Shown here: positions 1 to 12,799 of the stretch, piece by piece
Layout: the number at the start of each line of letters is the position of its first letter
Position numbering within the stretch: position 1 is the first letter of the stretch
From: Lama glama
Taxonomy: Eukaryota
Length of the DNA stretch: 64,000 nt
Reading direction: 5' to 3'
Assembly: GCA_028534125.1 (NCBI GenBank)
Contig: CM052828.1
Location: 60,884,001-60,948,000, forward strand
Notes under the pieces: generated by a model
The model's database searches: none
What the model was told of the DNA's origin: nothing
What the model saw: only the letters and a program-made list of their open reading frames with translations
Translations under genes and position numbers: made by a program

Positions 1-210
1 AAGTGGGGACCCAAGGGTCCTCTCCCTGTGCAGTGGGAGCCACTGTGACCTGCAGAGATGGGGGGGCAGCGTGTGACCTGGGCAGCTTCTCGTTCCCTTG
101 TTAGCACATCAGACGCCTTGTCCTGTGCTCTGCCCGTTGGTTCAGGATCCCATGTGGGCAGTTAAGTGCTTTGTGACACAGGTGGCCCTGGATCATGGGG
201 TTCCGTGTAG

Positions 211-1037
211 CCCCCCTGCACTGTCCCTCCCCCTCTAACTGTCCACACCCCCTCCCTGCACTGTCCACCCCCTCCCTGCACTGTCCCTCCCCCAACTGTC
301 CACCCCCTCCCTGCACTGTCCATCCCCTCCCTGCACTGTCCCNNNNNNNNNNNNNNNNNNNNNNNNNNNNNNNNNNNNNNNNNNNNNNNNNNNNNNNNNN
401 NNNNNNNNNNNNNNNNNNNNNNNNNNNNNNNNNNNNNNNNNNNNNNNNNNNNNNNNNNNNNNNNNNNNNNNNNNNNNNNNNNNNNNNNNNNNNNNNNNNN
501 NNNNNNNNNNNNNNNNNNNNNNNNNNNNNNNNNNNNNNNNNNNNNNNNNNNNNNNNNNNNNNNNNNNNNNNNNNNNNNNNNNNNNNNNNNNNNNNNNNNN
601 NNNNNNNNNNNNNNNNNNNNNNNNNNNNNNNNNNNNNNNNNNNNNNNNNNNNNNNNNNNNNNNNNNNNNNNNNNNNNNNNNNNNNNNNNNNNNNNNNNNN
701 NNNNNNNNNNNNNNNNNNNNNNNNNNNNNNNNNNNNNNNNNNNNNNNNNNNNNNNNNNNNNNNNNNNNNNNNNNNNNNNNNNNNNNNNNNNNNNNNNNNN
801 NNNNNNNNNNNNNNNNNNNNNNNNNNNNNNNNNNNNNNNNNNCCTGCACTGTCCATCCCCTCCCTGCGCCATCCACCACCCTCCCTGCACTGTCTACCCC
901 CCTCCCTGCACTGTCCACCCTCTCCCTGCACTGTCCACCCTCTCCCTGCACTGTCCACCCCCTCCCTGCACTGTCCACCCCCTCCCTGCACTGTCCACCC
1001 TCTCCCTGCACTGTCCATCTCTCCTCTTAACTGTCCT
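211..1037. repeat. Minisatellite, ~20-bp unit CCCTCCCTGCACTGTCCACC, interrupted by a 500-N assembly gap (343-842)
   Basis: Repeated units visible on both sides of the gap. Confidence 0.95.
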
Positions 1038-2539
1038 GCCTGGCATTTCGGGATAAGTTTCCTTGACCTGCAGGAGCAGTGATCAGGCTCTCAGGTCCCC
1101 ACTACTTCACTTTGTCCTGGTCCTGGAGAAGCAGTCTGGCCTCGACTTTCCTTCCTGCCTGTGAGTTTGCCCTGATTCCCTCCTCACGGACCCTTCCGTG
1201 CACATGTCTGTGTCAGGCTGGCCTCTGCATCCCCGTGGACAGACCTCCCCGTGCCCCACGGCCGTGTCCCTGGGGGTGAGCGTGAGGGGACAGTGCGGTC
1301 AGACCCCAGCGCGAGCGAGGCTGTGGTTTCCTCCGACAGCCAGAAGTGGAGTTGTGAGTTCACTTAGAGAAAGTCAGGGACGGCCTCTAGGTTGTCACCC
1401 CTGCTCTGCTCCTGCCAGGAGCTGCCGCACTTTCAGAAACAGAGCATCTCCTGCACTGAGCGCTTGGGGAGGGGCGTCCACTCTGCTCTGGGGCACCGAG
1501 GACTGAGTCTCCACCAGCCAGGAAATGGGCTGTTTCACTCAGAATTGAAAGTTCCCTTTAGGAACATAATTCAGGTTGTTGTGGGTAGTTTTACAGAGAA
1601 TCAGAACTGACTTTTAGAAAAGCACGTGTGCTCACATGCAGGTGAGCATCCTGGCGGCTAATGCAAAAAGGGGAAATGTTTGGACACAAGGTCACATGCA
1701 GAAAAAAGGTCCTTCTGGAAGGAATTCTGGAGGAGCAGTCGTTCAGCTGCGCTGGAAGCGTTGGAGCCCTCAGTGGGTGATGACATCCTTGAAACGCTTT
1801 CTCTTGTTTGGAAAATGCAAGCACCTGGAAGTACTGAGCTCACAGCGCTGAGCCTCGGGGAGGCCCTTTCAAAGCGGGCAGAGCTTCCGCACCGCCTGTT
1901 CCAGGCAAGCCCAGCCTGAAGCGGGGACCTGACGGGCCCAGACTGTCCCAGTGCTGTGCCGCCGTCCTGGCCGAGCTAGACTGTCCTTACCTGCTTGGGC
2001 CACCAGGGCACAGGGCGGCTGTTCCCGTGGCCTTGGGAGGCACACGCCTGTGGCTGCCGAGGCCAGAAGCGGGTGGCGAGGGTGCCTTAGAGGCCTCGGG
2101 TTTCCTCAGAGTAGCTGGAAGCGTGCCCAGCGCTTGGGACATACAGTTGGCCCTCAGCTGTGGGGCCCCGTGGGGCCCCGTGGGTCTCGCCCACCGTGGG
2201 CGTCCTGCCCGCCAGCCTGGTGCTCCCCGTTTCAGGAGTTCCAGGAAGCGGCAGGGAGCACTCGCCCTCCCTGGGTGGTTCTGCTTGGCTTTTCGGAGCA
2301 CCCAGCGGAGAGCTGGTGGGGGCTGCAAGGGCAGAGCGTGTGTGCGGTTTTATTTAAAGTGCTTTTTCGGAGGAGAGACTCATGTTGGAGAGCCTGCTGT
2401 GGGCCCTGCTCAGGCCTGTGGGGGCGTGGTGGGGCGTGGCCGCCCGAGGAAACTAGTGTTTGCTGGTGTTCGTGTTGTTTTAAATGTTGGGCAACTTGGT
2501 GGAGGCGGCAGCTCTGGCTTCCTGCCCCAAATCCCTGAT

Positions 2540-3480
2540 CTCCCCAGACCCAAGCCGCTTCGAGCCTGGGGCTCAGGCGTCCGGGTCGCGGTGGGGTCTC
2601 AGCCCCGAGGCGCGCCAGGCTGCCCGCCCCCCCAGCTCCCCGCCCCCAGGCCCCGGGGTCGGAGCGGCTTGGACTCCAGTGGGGAACAAGGCGTCTTGCT
2701 GGGCACCTGCTGGTTGGGGTGTTAGGACTCTGCCCCTGCCTGATCTCTGAGCACTGGGGGAGGGCACGGCCCCCATCCCCGAGCAGCCCAGTCCCCGTGG
2801 TGGGCCGGGCCGGGCCCTGGCGACGGCGGCGTGCGGCGTGCGGCGTGTGGTGGTGCAGGCGTCCTCCGGGGTCTGAAAGGGGGTCTCCCGGGGCAGGGGG
2901 GCGACGCTTCACACCCCAGACCCAGCCAGAGACGCAGACCCGGAGTGGAAGTCTGGGAGGGGATGACAGGGGCGTTGGAATTCAGTGCCAGTGTCCACAC
3001 TCGCTCACCTTCCTTTAAACAAACACGGCCGCCACCTCTGTTTGTTCCTGCAAACTGTCACTTGTGTCTGGAGCCGCAGGCTTTATCAGGTGGATCGGGG
3101 CAGACGTGGCGCTGCCGTCAGGTCAGCCTTCTCGTGGCTCCCCGGGTGGAGGGGAGCGTGAGCTGCGTTTGGCCTTCCGTGGCTGCTTGGAAGCACGGGA
3201 AGCCTCGCCCGCAGTGCCCCTCGTGCCTCGACCGAGGCCAGGACGGGCCGGGTGGCCTTGCTCCCCCACGGCCTGGGAGCTGCGCCGGCCGAGCCCGTGT
3301 GTGTGCACTCGGGCGGCGTGAGGAGAGGAACCACCTCGTAGTGATTCCTCCCAGTTCACGGGGGAAGCGAAAGCGAGGAGTCAGCTGGACCGTGCAGATT
3401 TTAGGGAGCAGAGTCCAGTAAAAGAGGCTGATGGGCAACCGGGGAGGGCAGCGGCCGGACGTGGCGGAGCACGTGCCTGG
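2540..3480. promoter_or_regulatory. CpG-rich putative promoter of first exon A
   Basis: CpG-dense stretch directly upstream of the candidate exon at 3431-3581. Confidence 0.4.
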
Positions 3481-3581
3481 AGCCATGGGAGACCGAGGGG
3501 CCGCCCGGATCTCCGTGGCGGAGATGAAAAGCTACTACATCTACGGCGAGTGGTGCTCCTGGCTGTTGTCTGCTGCTGAGG
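3431..3581 (+). CDS. MCF2L: Candidate alternative first coding exon A (MGNRGG...MGDRGAARISVAEMKSYYIYGEWCSWLLSAAE-D)
   Basis: ATG at 3431 and strong-Kozak gccATGG at 3485, then G|GTGAGT donor at 3582. Phase 1, matching the phase-1 start of exon 22738 (G+AT = Asp). CpG-rich upstream region. Confidence 0.7.
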
Positions 3582-5759
3582 GTGAGTCCTCCGGCCCCTT
3601 GGGGTCACTCCCAGCAGGTGTGTGGGGACGGGGTGGGGACCCCGCCCTGCAGCCAGTGGTTGTGCAGGCGGAGACGGATGGGCAGATTTCTGGCGTCCTC
3701 GTGGGTCGTGTGCAGTCCGCATCCCCTTGGCATCTGGAAAGGCTCAGGGAGAGGACTGTCACCTCCCTTTGGCTGAAAGTGTCGGCTCTGCTGGTCTGAG
3801 CTGCACAGCCAGCACCATGCCCCCAGAGCCGCAGGCGGACTCCTTCAAGGGCACCTGGTGGACAGAGGTCCAGCAAGACTCAGGGCAGAACAAGCAGTTA
3901 GCTGTGTGGTGCCGACAATCCGGGACAGAGCGACAGGGGCCAGTGACACACTTGAACATCGGCCGCCTCATACGTCTAAGCGCAGCTCAGGGGCAGAGCG
4001 GCTTCCTGGTCCGTTGTCCAGGGAGCCCCCTGAGTCCTCCTGGGCTGTTGCAGTACCCGGGCGTCACACTGCCAGCGGGTCTCTTGTCCGGTAGGCGGTG
4101 AGGGACGCTGCTGCTCTGGCGGGAGTCCTGTCCTCTGTGGGGAGCACTCGGGGGTCACTGTGACCACGACCTAGAGTGTCACCTTTCCTTCAGTAGAACC
4201 CAGGCGCGCTCAGGAAGCTGCCCTCCCTGGTCGGTGCGGCTCCGGGGCCGCGTGTGGGCACAGCTGACCTGCCCCGCGGGCAGCAGCACTGCCTTCAGGG
4301 ACAGAGGTCCCGCCCGACGGGGTGGCTGCGGGCTCGGCCACACTCAGCTGTTCTGTCTTGGCCTCTGTGGGGCTTTGTTCTTTGAGCGTGGACTCGAGGT
4401 CAGCACAGCCCCAGGTAGGCGAGTGTTGGTCTGGTCAGCTGCACCGCTAATTGTGATGTGGTTGCCGGTGTCGCGGTGGAACAGACAGAATGTTCTGGTG
4501 CGTCCTTTGGGGGCAGCGGGGCACGTGGCACTCTGCCCCTTTCCTTAAGTTCTTCAGCTGTTACTGCATCGGGTTGTCTGGCTGTGGGGAGTCAACAAAG
4601 CGTCTGAGACGCTGGAGAGTCCACCTGCGTCTGACTTTAAACTACACTGAGCTCAGAGCAAGATACGAGAAAATGCTTTCTGCGTCTTCATCGGCACTTC
4701 TGGCAGTTTTGTCCCAAAACTTAACTGAAAGCGAGCCTTGAGCCTTGGAAAATTTCGGGGAGGGAAGAAGGCCCTTCTGGGACGGCTGACCAGCGTGAAG
4801 AAGCCGCCCTGGGTATTCCAGGGGGGCTGGTCCTTGCGCTCCCTCAGCCCCGGAAGGTGCCCGCTTCCTAGCCGGGCCGGGGCGGCCCTCCCGGGGCCAG
4901 GCGGGCGTGATGTCCGTGGCGGCAGGTCCCGGAGGGGCCCGTGGTGTCGCTGCAGACCACGTGGTTGGCGGGCACGGGAGCTCCCCGAGAAGGACGAGCC
5001 GGCGGCTGGAACAGCGGGACGGAGGAGCCTGGGATCCAGACTGGGGACGGTCTTTCAAGGGTCCAGTCGAGTCTGAGGGAAACGAGCTAGCGTTTGGCCA
5101 AAGGGGTGCGCACGCGCGAGAGAAAGTGGAGGCATAAGTTGGGACGGGGGGTTGAGGGCAGAACCAGGCTCCTGACCAGAACAGACCACCGATTCCAGAG
5201 GGTCTGCAGGGGGTGCTTTGAAATCCTGACCCCAGGATCCCAGCAGGAGAGGCTGCGGCCCCAGGCCCAGCGTCGGGCGGGCCCCAGGGCTGAGGAGCGC
5301 CCCCATGTCCTGAGAGGGGAGGGGCCCCAGGAACCAAGTGTATTTCCTGAGCTGGAGGGTCTGCGGGGCGGGCGGCTCTGGCCCTGGGACCCGCGGGGCT
5401 GCCCGCGGGGTCTGTAAGCTGCGCTGGCAGAACCGTCTGAGGGCGGAACCACTGGCAAGTATTTCATGATGTTGCCGTCACTCTGGAGAGCCCGCTCACG
5501 TCCCGCTGCTGAGGGGTGGGGGCCGGGGGCCCCGTCCTGCGGGGAGACCCGCCCCTTCACCCCCAGAGGTCACACCGTGGAGCCAGGCATCTTCCCCTCC
5601 GGGGCGCATGCCCCTCCTTGAGGACGCCTCTGCCCGGCCCAAGGTCTGGTGCCTCCTCATCCTCAGGCACCGACAGGAGGACTGTGACCAGCTGCGTGGG
5701 CCCAGGTGTCTGCAGAGGTGGGCTTGAGCCAGTGGGATTGGGTGCAGGGTGGCCCCTTC

Positions 5760-6080
5760 CTGGCTGTGAGTGCAGCCAAGGGCCTCGGTCTTCTCATCCG
5801 TGAAGTGGGGGTGCTGGTACCAGCACCACAGGGCCGCTGGGACCCATGTCTGCCCCAGGCCGGTTCCTAGGGACATTCCCACCCCCACCTCCCACCCCTA
5901 CCCCTCACCCTAGGCCCCCTCTTCTCTCCACCATCGCCATCTGTGCGCCACCTCCTGTGCCCCCGGCAGCCGGCATCTGTGCCCCCAGCCCAGGCGTGTC
6001 ATTCTCATAACAACCTGAGGGGCCCCCATCACCCCACTTTGCAGACGAGCTCATGGAGGCGCTGGCTGGCCTGAGGAGCT
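5760..6080. mobile_element. Two MIR core fragments in opposite orientations
   Basis: CCTCGGTCTTCTCATCCGTGAAGTGGGG near 5783 (+) and CCCCACTTTGCAGACGAG near 6032 (-). Confidence 0.5.
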
Positions 6081-9000
6081 GAGGTCCACTCAGGCCCTCC
6101 GCTCCCGGCTTGGAGCGAAGGAGGCTCCTGAGGAAAGCCTGCGGCTGAGCCACTGTGGCCACGGCCCAGGAACCGCCAGCGTCCGGCCGTGGTTCAGAGC
6201 CCGCATTACACTCTGGGCTGAGGCTCGTTCCCTCGGTCACGGCAGGACTGTGGCCAGGCCGTCCCTCTGCCTGTGGCCCCAGGAGAGAGGCAGCTGTTGG
6301 GGGTGGGGAAGTGGGTTTCGAGCCCACAGCCCAGCAACAGGCGCCTCAGCTCGGTCCTGCCTGGTTCACCCACAGGCGGGGAACCCTCTGTTCTGCCCTC
6401 CTGGCCCTGGGTCACTGAGACGGGCGGGCAGAGCGGAGAGCCTGCTGCGTGCTGGTGTGGGGCGTGTGGGGCTGGTGGGCTTGCGGCAGCAGGTGGTCAT
6501 GGCCCACAGTCCCTCCACCCAGGCACCTCCTCAGGCACTGGGCAGTGCCAGGACGCTCTCTCCGTTCCCTAAGGTGCCCTGGGCCCGGTCACCACACTGG
6601 CTCGGCCTGTCCTCCCAGGGCCCTGCGCTCCTCCACCCGCCCCAGAGTAAGCAGGTGTCTCTTCTGAGCCCCAGCTTGGCCAGGTGCTCCACGTGTCTTT
6701 AGTCATGTCCTGCAGCGCAAACCTAAGTGATGTTTTAAAGTAAAACACATTTGCTTCCGAGAGTTTTAAAAGTAGAAAGAGCTTTCTAAAGTGCCTTGGT
6801 ACCCGGCCGGGGGTAACCCTGGGGCCCTCCTGCCCCACCACGTGGCCGTGGCCGTGGAGCTGTGAGCCCCGCCCCTACCGATGGCATCTGTTAGGACTTC
6901 CCGGGTCTCAGAGGAAACTTGTCTTGGAAACAGCGTGCCTGGAACAGCATCGGGTGCACGAGGTCCCCAGGGGTCTCCTAGTCAGCATGTGTCTCCTCCG
7001 TTGCCGCAGATCCCAGGACCGCCTTCTGGGACGCAGTCAGATGGGCCTGCGAGCGCCCAGACCTGGCGCCTGCCCCTGGTTCCCCCAGCCCCGCAGGCAG
7101 CACCCGCCCATCTGCAGGTGTGCGGATGTTCCCAGCTCTTGGCTCATGTCAGGGAGCCTCCTGCCTGGAAACAGCCGTCGCTCCCCTCCTGCCACCCCCT
7201 CAATACTCATCAGCCCTTCAGACACACCCGGCTCTGCTCAGGGCTCGGGCTGGTCCCCACCCGACTCTTCAGGCGTGGCCGCCTTCGTCCGCGCCAGGTG
7301 GCTGCTGTCCTGCCTGGGTGGAGGGGGTGGCGAGCCCTGGAGGGCGAGTCGCTTGTCCCAGCCTCTCCCTCAGGGAGACTGAGACCCAGCTCGGGGATCA
7401 GATTTCGAGTCCAGGACTCCTGATGCTGGCCCGGCCCAGAAGAGCCGTGTCCCCTCTGCACCTTATTAGCCCCTTGAGCCTCTCAGGTGAGGTGGGGGCT
7501 GCTGCCACCTTTCCTCTGGGGCAGGAGGAGCCCGGTAAGCCAGGCGGCCCTCTCACACCTGCCACTGCGGACTGAGCTCCTGGGCGTCCCGGACCCGCCG
7601 GCCAGCTCTCCACCACCGTGGGTTCTGTTTCACCCACAGCCCAGCTGTGTTTGCTCTCTGCCGTGCGTCTGCCCCTCACACCGCCCAGATTTATTAGGTT
7701 TGTGGCAGGAGGTTGTTGATCTAGAAGGAGGGGGGAGGGGGCATCACTTCTGTCCAGGTCACAGTTTGTGCAGAACAAATGGTGCGTTGTTCCCCCGCCC
7801 GTGGCGGGGGTGGGGGCGGTCGGTGCTGATAAACGCTGGGTCCCGCCCGGAAGGCACGTGATGGTATCTGGGGCTCGAGTGTCTGTTTTCCCCATCAGGC
7901 GAGGAGAGCCTTCCTGTTTAGCTCCCAGAGATGGGTGGGGCTGCCCAGCCCTGCTCACAGCTCTGCTGCCTTCCCTCCGAGTGGTCGGGGGTCGTGCCTT
8001 CCAGAGCCCTCATCTTGGTGCTCTGGCCGCCTCTCAGTCCTGCTCCCACCACGTAAGACAGCCCGGGCACCTCCGGTGTCACTTCCATGCGCATTTGCCG
8101 TGTGCAGTGACCACCAGCAGAAATACAAGTGAGGGCTACACAGGGAACAGATGGGCGGAGAGCGGTTCCCCCGGCCCCTCTGACCCCGCTGGAGGCGGCC
8201 CCGAAGCGTCAGGGCTAGTCCCTGCTGTGACTGGGAGGATGGACGTGCATAAAATGGCTGGAAACCAGGACCCAGGCATGCAGTGAAGTGCCAAGCGGTG
8301 TTCAGAGGGAGGAGCAGCTTAGAGCTGGGGCACAGAGGGGAGGCCGGGCTGGGGGCTGGGGGTGGGCACATCGGGAGGCCGGACAAGGAAATGCGTGTGC
8401 GCCCTCCTGGAGGGAGACCTGGCACCAGAATTGGGCTGCAGTCACACAGAGGGGACACCAGAGAGACCGGGGAGACGCAGCCTGCCCTCGGGAGGGGGCC
8501 GTGGTCCAGCGGGGCCGTCCTGGGCCTGGCGCCCTGATCCGGGCTCCTGGTACTGCTGCAGCTGGTGCTGCGGCGGGTAGATGCTGTCCGGTGCCGCAGG
8601 GATGCGTCTGGCCCCTGATGTCACATGTGGCCCCGTCTTGGGCTACCCAGGACTGAAGTGAGCCAGGCAGAAGCGAGCCCTTCCCACGGAAGGCAGTCAG
8701 ACCTCCTGGTGCCCGGGCACTTGACCCCCACGGACAGAGGTTGGACGGAGCTGCGAGTCCCCTGCACGGTTGCGGCAGCCTTTGTGATCCCCGAGTCGCA
8801 GGAAGCATGTCTCCGAGGTGCCTGTGCTCGGGGCCAGCAAGGCTTCCTTGGTGCGGAGATTCTGGAGAAGGGGTGGCCACGTGGCCTGGAGCATAGCCTC
8901 GCAGCGGCCTCCCGTGAGCCTGCGACAAGACCACGAGCCCACGCCTCACTGGGAGCGCGGGGAGCCAGGAGGCGTGTAAGCTGTCTTGGGTTGCGGATGG

Positions 9001-12000
9001 GGAGGAGGTAGCTCCTCCGAGGGTCCAGAGTGCCGGCCGGTGCTGAGGACCAGCACAGGGTGGGAGCCTGTTGGAAAACCTCGGGGGCAGGTGAAGGAGC
9101 CTAGAGGAAGGGGCCACGAGGTCCTGGCCTGGGGCCAGGCCCCCCAGGCCCCGAGCCGGGACGTGGGAACTGGGGTGTGCGGGTCAGCGGGACCAGGACT
9201 GAGTCTACAGAGACAGAACTCAGAACCACAAAGACTGTCGGCCACGTGGTGGCTTCTGTCCCCAGATCCTCCGTGGTGGCCCCTCGGGAAGGTCAGGACC
9301 GCCGTGGGGCCGGGCGGCGGGCTCCTGCTCACCAGGGTTCTCTGTGAGGTCGCACCTGGGTGCACCCCACCGTGCGCCTTGTGACTCACCCCCGGGGCTG
9401 CCCTGCAGGTGGGAGGTGCACACAGATCCAGACACTGAAGTGACGGGAGCGTGAGCATCGTCCCTTTCTGTCTAGCTGTGCGAGCAGCGTGAGAAGCGGT
9501 TCTGCTCTCGTGGCGAAAGCGCGTCCAGGAGGGGCTCTTGCCGTCCCGCGGGCCTCAGTCTTCCCAGGTCTGACGCATGAGTCAGGCCCGGCTCCGCGTT
9601 CAGCGCTCCTCCTTCAGTGAAGTGAGTTCTGCAGCGTCACGGCTCAGGTGTGAGGCTGTGCCCTGAGGGGTTCACCGCGGGACCCCCTGCGGTCCTGCAC
9701 GTGGTGTGGAGGTCCTGCTGGAAGCGTCCCCGCGCCCGGAGCCAAGGAAGTCTCGTTCTCCAGGCTAAGCTGTGAGCTCACGGCCTAAGCGGAGGCTGCT
9801 GTGTCCGTGCCGGGGGCTCAGCGCTCACCACGGCTCTCAGCTGGCTGTTTTGCCAAGAAACTTGCTCTCGTGCGCAGGACTCCCGCCCACCACACGCCTG
9901 AAACTGCCCGTCCCGAGGCGCTCGGGTGCGCCGGCCAGACGCGCTCACGACCAGGACACCGTCTCCCCGGCTCTGTGGGGCGGCTGTGCGGGCTCCTGTC
10001 CCAGCCGTCGGCCGTGGCGTCTTTGGTTCGCTCTCCGGGGCTGTGCCGCCTTCTTCTGGGCCATGGGGTCTTCCGCGAGCAGTGGTTTAAGGCTGGAGGG
10101 TCCCGTCTGCAGACCCGCTAACTGGGTGCACAGAACACGGTGCTTGTGTGAGCACCCCAGACTCGCCTGGGGACAAGCTGCCCACCAGCCCTCTGCCCAG
10201 TGCCGCCTCCCTTCGGTCCCCGCACCATGGTGGCAGGAGGCCCGAGCATGGGGGCCCCACCCCACCTGGCCTAGGAGCTCACTGCTGCGTCCATGGCTGG
10301 ACCTCGCGTGGAAGCCAGGGAGGGGAAGGCTGGCTGGGAGGACTGCCGCGTGGCATCAGGTCCTCACGGTGACCTTGGGGGCAGGGATGACACATTCAGC
10401 CTAGCAGCAGAGTGGACGGGGGGGCTACAGGACACACGAGACAGGGCAGGGCCTGGGGAGCATCTCCATCTGCGGGCGGCAGCCGAGGGTGGGAGGGACC
10501 AGGGCTGTAAGGATCACAGGGCCTCAGAAGGACGGTAAGGACACGAGAAGGGGACGTGGGGGGAGGGGGTCAGTGAGGACGGGACAGTGAGAGCAGGGAG
10601 GGGACACGGACGGGGAACAGGGGAGGACTGAGTAGCCGCCGTGTCCGGCTTCCCTGCTGCCCGAGGCTTTGCTGAGCAGGGACACCTGTAGCCTTAGGTT
10701 GCCATGACGATGAAACGGGGCCAGGTGGTGAGGGAGGCCTCGGCAAACAAGGGCACACCTGTGAGTCAGGGACAGCCCCTCCCGCCTTGTGGCCCGGCGG
10801 ATCGTGGCCGGAGCGCTAGCACCTGGTGCTGCTCTGTGCGCAGTCTGCGTGTGGGGCCTGTTGCAAAGTTACAGGTGTGCTTCTCGAGGGCTCGGGGGCA
10901 CGGTTTTGCCTACAGGAGACTGCTGGACGCCGTGGTCGCCCCCCTCGCTCTCTGTGAGGGGACTAACGCCGAGAGCCTGTGACTGTTCACGGGACCAGCT
11001 GGGCGGGGAGTCCGGACGCCGGTGCAGCCGGGCCGGCTTAATGCAGTCCTGCACCCTGTGTGCTCAGGGCGTGACGCCGTGTGCTGAACACTGCAGATTT
11101 TGACTCAATGCTGCGTTTCCCCCAGTAAATAAACAGGCCCCGTTCCCAGTGAAGCAGGGAGCCTGCGCTTCTTTCCAGCTGAGGAAGCCGTGTGGGGTCC
11201 CGAGAGGACAGAGACCCCTGCCCTCCAATCAGAGCAAACAGACCTTCAGGGCCCAGAAACCATGTCTACGCTCTCAGTGGCCAACCCCGCGAGGCCTGCG
11301 TCCACGGGGACCAGGGACCCGGGACCAGTGTCGGCAGCCTCCAGGTCCTCGTCCGACGTCAGGCCTGGCTTCCTCCGATTCTCCGCCGTCGTTCCTGCCG
11401 CGGGTTCATCCTCCCTGGTGGCTGTGGGATGGAGACCTGTGAAATGGCCCCTTTTGTGGGTCAGAAGGGTTTGAATATCCGCAGAGTCACCAGACCCAAC
11501 ATGTTGGAGAACACTGACACCCTGCCCAGCCACCTCCGTGCTCGGGGTCCGCGGGGCCTCCACGGCCCGTCAGACGGCAAACGTGAAGAGGCTGGACTCG
11601 CCCCCTCCGGGACGAGCGACCAGCTTACCGTCAGATTGGAGCTGACGGCCGCAAGTCCCTCGCACAAGCCCGCCCTCCTGCCCCGAGGGCCGCAGGTCTG
11701 GCGTGACTCTGGGCTCAGTTCCACGGTCCCCTCGTGTGCCGTTTCACCCCCACCCCGGAGCCTATGTGGGGCGGGGCCCAGGAAAGGGGCTGGAGTTGTG
11801 TGTGGAGCTGGTGGTGTCGGTGCCTCTCGGCTCTGTGGGTATTTGGGGTGCAGAGACTAGGAGCCCGTTAATCCTGTGGGATTTGCCCTGACCCTCCCCT
11901 GACCGTGGTCTGTGCTGGGAGGGTAGCCCCTGTCTTGGGGGCCTCTGCTGGGGCCCCGGGCCTGACCACTCGCTGCTTGACCTCGTGCCTCGCCAGCCAC

Positions 12001-12799
12001 TGGTGCATGTTTCCTGGATGAACGAATCACGTGTCTTTAGTGGGAAACGGTAGCTCCCTTTTCTCAGCGCAGCCTGGAGAGGAAAGTGAGGGTGGAGGTG
12101 CTGTGGCCATGGCTGCGTTTGCTCACGTTGGCCAGAGAAGGTCGCCTGTGGCCCGTGAGCCCAGAGCTCGTGGCTCAGCAGGAGATGAGGAGTGTGAGAC
12201 CTGCGGAAGAGCGCAGGGCCCAGAGGTCGGCCGCCGGCCGGGGCCAAGTGCCGCGGGGCACCCGACACCCGGGGTAGGCGCCTGGCGTGGTGGGGGATCC
12301 CTCACAGCCGAGGGGCCTGCTTCTCCTTGGGCAGCTCCCCACAGCGCTCATCTCGGGCAGGTCCGTGGCCTGAGGATCGCGCTCAGGGCTGCCGCCTCCA
12401 CTGGGGCTCGCGGCTGGCCCGGGCGGCGGGAGAGCGCGTCTACCACCTCATGATCCCGTGATGGGGAACAGGGCCTGCAGTGCCGGGTCTGCTCTGATCA
12501 CCGGAGCCCCACCAGGCCTGGCCCAGCCCGAGAGCTGTCCTCTCCAGGTCGGCCGACTCCCAGCTGGGGCCCCTCAGCACCCCCCCCCCCCGGTCCTTCC
12601 TGCCGGAGGAAGAGATCTGGTCCTGGGAGGGAGCCTGGTGTCCCCTGGGAGCACCGCCCCCCTGCAGAGCTAACCCTGCGCTTTAATGAGCTCCCCAGGG
12701 CCCCTGCCCGTGGCAGCGCCCCCTTGTCACACTGTCCTTGTTCTCAGTAACCCCACCCCAGGCGGTGGGGTGGGGGCATCCTGAAGTCTGGCTGCCGAG

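Noticed and set aside
101-1082. Long ORFs of 240-305 aa on both strands
   Set aside because: They translate a minisatellite and a 500-N gap, so they are not genes.
10704-10760. MTMKRGQV... as a coding first exon
   Set aside because: All nearby donors (10725, 10728, 10761) are phase 0 relative to this ATG, whereas exon 2 needs phase 1.
12650-12730. CTCF-like motifs upstream of exon B
   Set aside because: Several mismatches in the core; such partial matches are common in GC-rich DNA.
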